Below, piece after piece: positions 56,260-64,000 of a DNA stretch of 64,000 nt. The position numbers were made by a program, and so were the translations under genes. Source of the stretch: a virus. The stretch is from positions 1-64,000 of IMG/VR virus record IMGVR_UViG_3300043420_000984; one strand, given 5' to 3'. Below the pieces are notes generated by a model. That model was given only the letters and a program-made list of their open reading frames with translations. It had not been told where the DNA came from and searched no databases. How positions within the stretch are numbered: position 1 is the stretch's first letter; each line of letters opens with the position of its first letter.

Positions 56260-58828
56260 CCTTCAGTAGAGCAGTGCTTGGTACAGCAAATAAGAAAACC
56301 AAACTCAGTTGGTGGGACTATTGGATCAACCACTGCTGGATGACTGGTTGGCAGAGCATCAGGCACTCATTCTACAACTGGGCTGACCTGATGACTGGTA
56401 ACTGGAAAGATTACGGTCTCATGTTTTATGATGATCCTTTTGAAGAGTGTCGTGATTGCTTCTGGTCTTACCTTGGTGAGGATGACACTCTACCGAAAGA
56501 GTTTTTAGAGCATCTACAAGAACTGGTAGATCGTATTGAGCGTGGTGAAGAGAAACTCATCCCCATGGATGAAGTCATGAAAAATCTTAGAGAAGATGAT
56601 GAACCTCCCAGTATTTCTGAATAGATTAGTAATTGGATCTAAATTGATTAGACACACTCCATTCTGGTGGTGGTACAGGTTGATCTCACATGAAGGATTT
56701 CGCTTTGATGATTATCATGTGTGGAGAGAGTTCTGGCATTCACTCAATCATGGATGGCAGCACATGGAATATGTAAATGAGTTTGAAACGTTCTGGGGCA
56801 AGCGATGAAGGAATTTCCCGACAAACTAGACCTCAGAATTATGTGGACGGTAGCCACATCGACCAGTATCGAAACTGGCACACCTGCCTACGAAGGCTTC
56901 GCCAGGATGCTGTATGATTACATCACAGACAAAAAACCCCTCGTTGAACTGAACTATGACCTCTATCCGTCAGAAACAAGCACTGATCAAGAAACTTGAG
57001 AATGCTTACAAAACATGCTTTGATTGTGGACGAACCTATGGTGTTTATTCTGTAGGTTGTTCTTCTGTTTATGAAGCAGTCTGTGATGTATGTGGAGAAA
57101 CTAAACCTATTACTGAAACACGAGACTTTGGTTATTTCATCACAGGTATTCGCAAACTCAAAATGGAGGTTCTGAATGAAAAGAGTAACAGTAAGACCAA
57201 AAAGCAAAAAGGCCAAGAACCGCCTTTGTAATATCATGGACAACAATCCTATTTGTATTGTTGAACAGGACAAAGGCGATGGTATGATGTTCCTTGCATC
57301 TGAAAACAAAAAATACTTCTTCTGGGTTAATGTAAATGATTTCTGGGAGTGTGACTGGGAAGTGCTATGAAACCTAAAACTCGTGTCATCTTGGAGATGG
57401 CAATTGAACAAGGCATACAACGTGGTTGGCGTCTTGCTCACAAGCATATGGATAATCCCCAAGAATATGTCATCGTTGAGCGGATTAACTTTGCTGTGAT
57501 GGAACAAATCTACGAATACTTTACTTTTGACGACGAGGATCTATGAGTTTTAGCAAGACTATTTCTGTGTTTGCCGCACTCGCTAGCATCTTTGGTGCTG
57601 GAGCTGCTGGATGGAAACTGTCTCAAGAAAATCAAACCAAACCTGTGGAAGTACAACAAGATATATCTGTATTTGAGAATAAGATCAACGAACTTGAAAA
57701 GAAACTAGAAGAAGCAGAAAAACCACAAGAACAACCTGTGATCGTGCAGCAACCTCAACCGCAGATCCTACCACCTCTCCCCCCTATGCCCGAACCCAAA
57801 CCAGGAGAGTTTGAGTGACACTCTGACAACTGGCACACCACCCCATGAGGCAGGGGGGTTTCGCCTTATAATAAACACATCAACCAAGGCACTCCATGAC
57901 TGACCGCCTCCAGCAGATCCTCAACCGCCCTGAAGACCGTGCTCGCTATGCTCTCCAGTTCTACTACGATTTCATGGATCCTAAGATGAATGAGAAGGCG
58001 CTCAACCGCTTCCAAGAGTTCCTGGATGTGATTGAGTACAACGTTGAACCCTACGAACTTTACTGAACTATGTCTAACTCTTCTTCCTCTTCCTCCAGCG
58101 GCATCGGTTTCCCTGGTCTGCTGACTGTTCTCTTCATCGGTCTGAAACTCACAGGCCATATTACCTGGAGCTGGTGGTGGGTGCTGTCTCCCCTGTGGAT
58201 TAGTGCTCTGCTTGCTATTGCTATTCTTGGATTTGCTTTGATCATTCTTCTCATTCAAGGTGCTTTCAAATGACCTACACTATCACCAAACACATCAAAA
58301 TTGAACACGAAGAAGATGGTTGGAGTTTTGATTTTACTGCTGATGAATGTGGAACTGTGAGTGTGCGTGATGGTAATGGACCAGAATACCAAACCATTCA
58401 CATTCCCAAAGATTGTATTCAACACTTTATTGATGTTCTGGAGCAATTCAAATGACCGTTGCTGAATGGATTGAAAAACTCAAAGAGTTTCCACTTGATC
58501 AAGAAGTAAGAATTACTGATGGACACAAGTATCACTTCTATGAAGGTGATTTTGACTTCCAACTTTTTGAGGATGTTGATGGTTCTACCTTCGTAGATAT
58601 TGGTATTGGTGGATTTGAGGAAGAAGAATGACCTACGATGAACTCTACGAGCATGTGCTAAAGTATGTTGCCATGCCAATAGATGACAAACGCCGTGCCT
58701 GTCTCATTCTAGGAGCATTTATGGAGTTTATCATGGATTGTACTGATGCTGGTATTGATCCACGCACACTTGATATGACTGGTATTATGAATGAGAAACT
58801 TGATCAACTGGAGAACAAAAACAAATGA
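56256..58828 (+). other. Run of small hypothetical ORFs
   Basis: Overlapping start/stop chain; promoter cassette at 57815-57872; small membrane protein 58070-58273. Confidence 0.6.
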
Positions 58829-59877
58829 CTATCCGCAAACTCGCCAGTATCGCTGAAATCACTTACATCAAACCTATTGAAGGTGCTGATGCTATTGAAT
58901 GTGCCATCGTGAATGGTGGTTGGCCAGTTGTGGTCAAGAAAGGTGAATATCAAGTTGGTGATGTTGCCATCTATCTTGAGATTGATAGTTGGGTGCCACA
59001 TGAACTTGCTCCTTTCCTGAGCAAAGGTCAAGAACCCCGTGAATATAATGGTGTGAAGGGTGAGCGTCTTCGTACTGTGAAACTTCGTGGGCAAATCAGT
59101 CAGGGACTTCTGCTTCCCATCAACCTGGATTCGCCTCTTGCTGATGCTGTTTCGTTGGGTGATGATGTAACAGAGATGCTCAAAATCCAGAAGTGGGAAC
59201 CACCTATCCCTGCTCAACTTGCTGGTACGATGAAGGGTAACTTCCCTCACTTCATCCCTAAAACTGACCAGGAACGTTGCCAGAACCTTCGTAAGGACAT
59301 CTTTGAGATCCACAAAGATGAAATCTATGAAGTTACCACTAAACTTGATGGTAGCAGTATGACTGTGTATGTCAAAGATGGTGAGATTGGTGTCTGTTCT
59401 CGTAATATTGACCTGAAGGAAACTGAAGGCAATAGTTTCTGGAAAGCAGCACGGGAACAGAATATCGTTGATGCTCTGCTTGCTTTGTGTTCCAAGCATG
59501 GTGAAGAGTATGCTATTCAGGGTGAGTTGATTGGTGAAGGTATTCAGGGCAATCCTGAGAAACTCAAAGGTCAGCGTTTCTATCTGTTTGACATCTTCAG
59601 CATCACTTATGGATACTATCTGAAACCAGAAGAACGTTACACTGTTCTTGAAATGCTGGGTGATATGGGTGCCGATATTGAGCATGTTCCCATTATTGAT
59701 CAAGATGTTCGTGTTGCTCAAGCATATGATACCATTGATGAACTTCTGGAGTTTGCTGAAGGTCCATCGCTGAACCCTCAAACTAAGCGTGAGGGACTTG
59801 TATTCAAGTCCTGGGAGAGTGATTTCACTTTCAAGGCGATTGCTAACTCTTATCTTCTGAAGCACAAAGACCGATGA
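58825..59877 (+). CDS. RNA ligase, DRB0094 family
   Basis: N-terminal RKLASI..GADAIE domain, LRGQISQGL, motif I KLDGSS, QGELIG, FDI, REGLVFK, FKAI. Confidence 0.92.
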   Translation: MTIRKLASIAEITYIKPIEGADAIECAIVNGGWPVVVKKGEYQVGDVAIYLEIDSWVPHELAPFLSKGQEPREYNGVKGERLRTVKLRGQISQGLLLPINLDSPLADAVSLGDDVTEMLKIQKWEPPIPAQLAGTMKGNFPHFIPKTDQERCQNLRKDIFEIHKDEIYEVTTKLDGSSMTVYVKDGEIGVCSRNIDLKETEGNSFWKAAREQNIVDALLALCSKHGEEYAIQGELIGEGIQGNPEKLKGQRFYLFDIFSITYGYYLKPEERYTVLEMLGDMGADIEHVPIIDQDVRVAQAYDTIDELLEFAEGPSLNPQTKREGLVFKSWESDFTFKAIANSYLLKHKDR

Positions 59878-61087
59878 CTGACAAAACTAAACTACTCAAG
59901 ATGATTGAGAATGCTCTCCAAACAGCACCACCTAATGAAGAGGCAGAAGCACAAGCAGTAATTGACACTATGGCAGATTGGTTTGAAGAAGTTTTGAGCC
60001 AAATTGGTATTCAACCTTCATGTATCCCCACTCTGCTACGATGGCAAGCACACCAACACGAGTATCTGAACGATGACTGACATCACCAACCTTACTTACA
60101 AAGAACTTCAACAACTTGAAAAACAGATTGAAGAACGCAAAAAGGCACTGCGTTATTCAAAGGATTGTGTTGAAGGGTATAAAATCACCTTCTGTGTGAA
60201 ATTCAATCCTGCTACTCATTCAGATTCTCAACTGGAAAATCCCGTAGATTTCGGTGATTATCTGGCAAATGATATAGCAAACACAATTGTTGATTATTTT
60301 TGCCTTCGTCAATCTGATGTAAGTGGTTTTGAAGTTGAAGAGATGACTGATGAGTATAAGGTAGAATGGAAGGACTTCTGGGAGAATGATGAATGAAACT
60401 CACAGCACACGAACTCGCAGTTATTATTGATACACTCAACCATTCTCTAATGGTATCAAACTGGAATGGATATTATACTGCCCAATCAAGGGAAAATGTA
60501 AGGAATACGATTGCTGTGATTATGAATGAAATGAGTGTAGAGATTATCACAGACAAACCAAACTTCACTATTGATGCTGACGCAGGTATTTAAAATGACT
60601 GACATAAAACTCTGTAAGGATTGTAAGCACTACAAGAAAGATTGGTATGCTCGTATCACTGGATATGGAGACACATTTGATATTTGCGTCAATCCTCATT
60701 TGATTGCTGTAAATCCTGTGAGTGGAAAGACCAAAGGTGATTTTTGTGATACAATGAGAAAGTATCACGGATGTGGTATGGAAGGTAAGTATTGGGAGGC
60801 ACGAAAATGAGCAAATCTGAAACATTCCTCATTATCTCACAGATTTATTGTGTAGGTGATCTTATTGTTGAAGGTAAAAAAACATTTTTATATGGTGTGG
60901 GATGAAAGAACTTGAAATAGGTTCTAAATGGAAACATAAGACCTCAAATGATGTTTATGTTGTGAAAGAACAGTATTCTCATAGAGTAGTGTTAGAGCAT
61001 GAACTTACTGGTGAAACTGTAAAACTAACTGTGGGGCATTTCAATCCTCAAGGTTTTGATGAGTATGAGTATTATGAAACTAACTAA
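59874..61087 (+). other. Run of small hypothetical ORFs
   Basis: 59874-60080, 60073-60396, 60393-60593, 60595-60810 (CxxC), 60902-61087. Confidence 0.6.
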
Positions 61088-61120
61088 ACTAATCTTTGAT
61101 TATAAGTGGTATTATTTGAG

Positions 61121-61204
61121 GACACTTGAAGAACTGGCACAGGAGCATCCCACAGGTGCTCCTTTTGCCCTATAATACTCTCATACACACAGAAACCTGA
61201 TGAC
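61121..61204 (+). repeat. 84-bp direct repeat (promoter cassette), copy 1
   Basis: Nearly identical (3 differences seen) to 61729-61812. Confidence 0.9.
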
Positions 61205-61730
61205 CTACACACCAGAACAGATTTCTCAAATTGTCCTTAAGGTTCTTAAGGAAATTGAAGAACCTGATATTCTTAAACTTTCTTACCTAGAGAAACTTAA
61301 ACTTGCAAAAGACCCAAACACATCACAAGAAACTTTAGCAATTCTTGCGACTGATGAGAATTTTGATGTTCGTTATCGGGTTGTAGTACATCCAAACACA
61401 TCACAAGAAACTCTAGCAGTTCTTGTAACTGATGAGTATTGGGGTGTTCGTTATGGGGTTGCACAACATCCAAATACATCAACAGAAACTATAGCAGTTC
61501 TTGCAACTGATGAGGATCCTGATGTTCGTTGTTGGGTCGCAAAACACCCAAACACATCACAAGAAACTCTAAATGTTCTTGCAACTGATGAGGATTCGAG
61601 TGTTCGCTATTATGTTAAACAAAACCCAAACTATAAGAAGCAAACTCTTGAACTGAATACAAAACAGTATGATGCCCTGAAGAAACTGATTGAGTCTTCA
61701 CAAGATGAGTCTCTTAAGGATATTATGTGA
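61200..61730 (+). CDS. HEAT/LRV-like repeat protein (4-5 tandem 26-aa repeats)
   Basis: Repeated HPNTSQETLAVLATDExxxVRxxVA, 78-bp DNA period. Confidence 0.85.
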   Translation: MTYTPEQISQIVLKVLKEIEEPDILKLSYLEKLKLAKDPNTSQETLAILATDENFDVRYRVVVHPNTSQETLAVLVTDEYWGVRYGVAQHPNTSTETIAVLATDEDPDVRCWVAKHPNTSQETLNVLATDEDSSVRYYVKQNPNYKKQTLELNTKQYDALKKLIESSQDESLKDIM

Positions 61731-61812
61731 CACTTGAAAAACTGGCACAGGAGCATCCCACAGGTGCTCCTTTTTCCCTATAATACTCTCATACACACAG
61801 ACACCTGATGAC
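61729..61812 (+). repeat. 84-bp direct repeat (promoter cassette), copy 2
   Basis: See copy 1. Confidence 0.9.
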
Positions 61813-63180
61813 TATCAAACGCATCAAAGTCAAAGAAACCGCAGAGATTGACGCATCTAACTTCACAGGTAAGTTAGAGAATCTTATCGCACAACTTCAA
61901 GATTGGATAAATGAAGGTGAGTGGGAAGGGATTGAGGAATATTATGATGGTGGTTATGACCTTTCTTCTCCTATCGTAGAGTATTATCGTCTTTACAAGT
62001 TCCGCGAAGAAAACGACCAAGAGTATAATAAAAGAGTAAAACAACTGGAGAAAGAAAAAGCAGAAAAAGCAAAAGCAAAGGAACGAAAACTTCAACAACT
62101 CAAGAAAGACCTTGCTAATCTAACTGAAGACGAACTCAAACAACTTGGAGTAAAATGACTGAACGAGTAAAATTCACACACATCACACGAGTGATTGACC
62201 CAAAGACACGCATTCATTATCTTGACGCAATAGACACCAACGGAAATCATTGGAGTGCTGAAATGCAAACTGGTGTAGAACGATGGATTATCTACAAGGA
62301 AGTTTGGAAAGAAGACCCACAGCAACCTTACATTCTATGAAACATCCTACAAAAGATTGGGAATGGGAAGAAACTGCCGAAGTCGCATTTCAGGAATGGT
62401 TCAACGGAGAGTATGGTAATTTTACATTCCGTTGTGAATGGTTCTTTGGTGATTGTGAAGTTGAGGATGTGAATACTCGTAAGGATTTGATGACTAAGTG
62501 GGTTCATTCCGCATTTTTGACGGGTTATAATACTGGGAGATGCTCCAAGACAGATGAGTGATCTAATCTTCTACACAAATAATGAGGAAACATACCGTAT
62601 TTCTTTTCCAACTCTTGGAACCAAATGTCCTGAAACTAAACTTGAAATCAAAATGACTGAAACCGACATCTCAAAAGTTCTCATAGAAGGAGAATACGCA
62701 ACCATTATGGGTGTGAAGTATAAGAGAGTGGAAGAACCAAAAAGTTTCTATGATAAACTTTGGGAAGAACTTGGAAAGAAAGTAGGATATGGTATTGATT
62801 GTGATGAACTGACTGATAGGGTTATGGACTTGATTAAAGATAATATTCCAGAACCTACGGGAGAGTTTCAACCATCTCCTCAAACACCAGAACAAGTTGC
62901 TGATGGTTTGAAAGAAGCATTCCGTGAAGCAGTCAAGCAAGGTGTGGTATCATCTACTAAATCAAAAACTCTCACAGATCTCATTTATCGTTGGTGGGAT
63001 GATATATTCACAACTCATAGTAGTCGGGGTATGGAAACTTCTATTGAAGATTTGGTAGACCAGATTGAGTTATTTCTACCTAAAGAACAATCTGCTGCTG
63101 GTTCTCAAAATGCTTATGTTGAATCTGCTGTGGAGGGATTTAATGATGCGATTAAACAAATCAAATCAAAGTTGAGGTAA
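61808..63180 (+). other. Four hypothetical ORFs
   Basis: 61808-62158, 62155-62340, 62337-62561, 62554-63180. Confidence 0.65.
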
Positions 63181-63189
63181 ATAAATAAT

Positions 63190-63250
63190 AATGTCTGTTT
63201 GGACGGCAATCTCTACAGACAAAGATTGGGTGCTCTTTTGGGCACCTTTT
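63190..63250 (+). ncRNA. Candidate small antisense RNA / regulatory hairpin upstream of homing endonuclease
   Basis: TAAATAAATA upstream, gtctgt/acagac hairpin, terminator ggtgctc-tttt-gggcacc-tttt, 17-nt complementarity to 63265-63281. Confidence 0.5.
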
Positions 63251-63287
63251 CTATTATAAATAGTATTGCCGTCCAAATAGAATAGAA

Positions 63288-63983
63288 ATGAACTACCTAA
63301 AGGTATATTGTAACCTTATTAGGAAAGCAGAGAATAGAAATCCTCCTGAAGGATATACGGAAAAACATCATACATTTCCAAAAAGTATCTTTGGAAAGAA
63401 TAATAAAATTGTTGTGCTTACTGGAAGGGAACATTACATAGCACACGCATTATTGGAAAAGGCATTTATCAAAAGATATGGATTGAATAATATAAAAACA
63501 CAAAAAATGATAAAAGCATTTTGGTGTATGAATAATCAAAAAACAAAAAATACATATCTTAATTCCCATTTATATGAAAGTTCAAAAATAAGATACATTG
63601 AAAATATAAAAGGAGAAAATCACCACTGGTATGGGAAAAAACATTCCCAAGAAACCAAAGAAAAAATGAGAAAAAGAGAAACACATCCTATGAGTGGAAA
63701 AACTCATAGTGACGAAACGAAAATAAAAATGAGTAAATCTCATATAGGAAAACCTTCACCAAAAGGAATGTTAGGAAAAAATCATACAAAAGAGACAAAA
63801 CAAAAACTACAACAAAGTAAGGAAGTTAAATCTTTTTCAGTAATAAGTCCTACTGGTGAAATAATTCATTCTAAAAATACTAAACAATTTTGTAGAGATA
63901 ATAATCTGGATAAAGGTCACTTTTCTCAAGTTTTGAATGGAAAACGACCATCCCATAAGGGATTTCGTCTCTATACTGGATAA
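63288..63983 (+). CDS. Free-standing homing endonuclease (HNH N-terminus, NUMOD3 repeats)
   Basis: EKHHTFPKS..N..VVLTGREHYIAH; G+xHSxETKxKM repeats; TATAAATA at 63255. Confidence 0.9.
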   Translation: MNYLKVYCNLIRKAENRNPPEGYTEKHHTFPKSIFGKNNKIVVLTGREHYIAHALLEKAFIKRYGLNNIKTQKMIKAFWCMNNQKTKNTYLNSHLYESSKIRYIENIKGENHHWYGKKHSQETKEKMRKRETHPMSGKTHSDETKIKMSKSHIGKPSPKGMLGKNHTKETKQKLQQSKEVKSFSVISPTGEIIHSKNTKQFCRDNNLDKGHFSQVLNGKRPSHKGFRLYTG

Positions 63984-64000
63984 GGACACTTCCAAAACTG

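Noticed and set aside
61300-61630. CRISPR-like repeat array
   Set aside because: 78-bp period is an in-frame protein repeat without unique spacers; no cas genes

Overview
A 64-kb segment of a large T4-like cyanomyovirus (Kyanoviridae-type; gene order and the cp12/cpeT genes point to a cyanobacterial host). 1-15 kb: gp33, gp32 and the baseplate/tail module (gp53, gp48, gp2, gp4, gp54-like, gp26/gp51, a tape-measure-like protein with two muralytic domains, hub, CP12, gp5). 15.7-20.5 kb: 20 tRNA genes interleaved with two small HNH endonucleases, cpeT and several structured non-coding elements (probable manA RNA, two covarying copies of a ~95-nt pseudoknotted RNA, a 134-nt tRNA-like RNA with three T-loop hairpins, two more folded spacers, a boxA-like leader). 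20.6-42 kb: a 3826-aa virion protein, tail-collar proteins and three mosaic paralogous fibre proteins. 42-46 kb: three 2OG-Fe(II) oxygenases and a fibre chaperone. 46-64 kb: an early/hyperplastic region of small ORFs driven by a repeated palindrome+hairpin+TATAAT promoter cassette, with an SF2 helicase, a putative endonuclease-methylase pair, an RNA ligase, a 26-aa-repeat protein and a NUMOD3/HNH endonuclease preceded by a candidate antisense sRNA. Best leads: the tRNA array as a carrier of unusual RNAs, a likely -1 frameshift fusing gp26 to gp51 upstream of the tape-measure gene, the sRNA/endonuclease pair, phycobiliprotein-like KCxRD repeats in the giant virion protein, and an exact 42-bp copy of that gene inside gp32. 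All calls come from reading the sequence by eye; no database searches were run.
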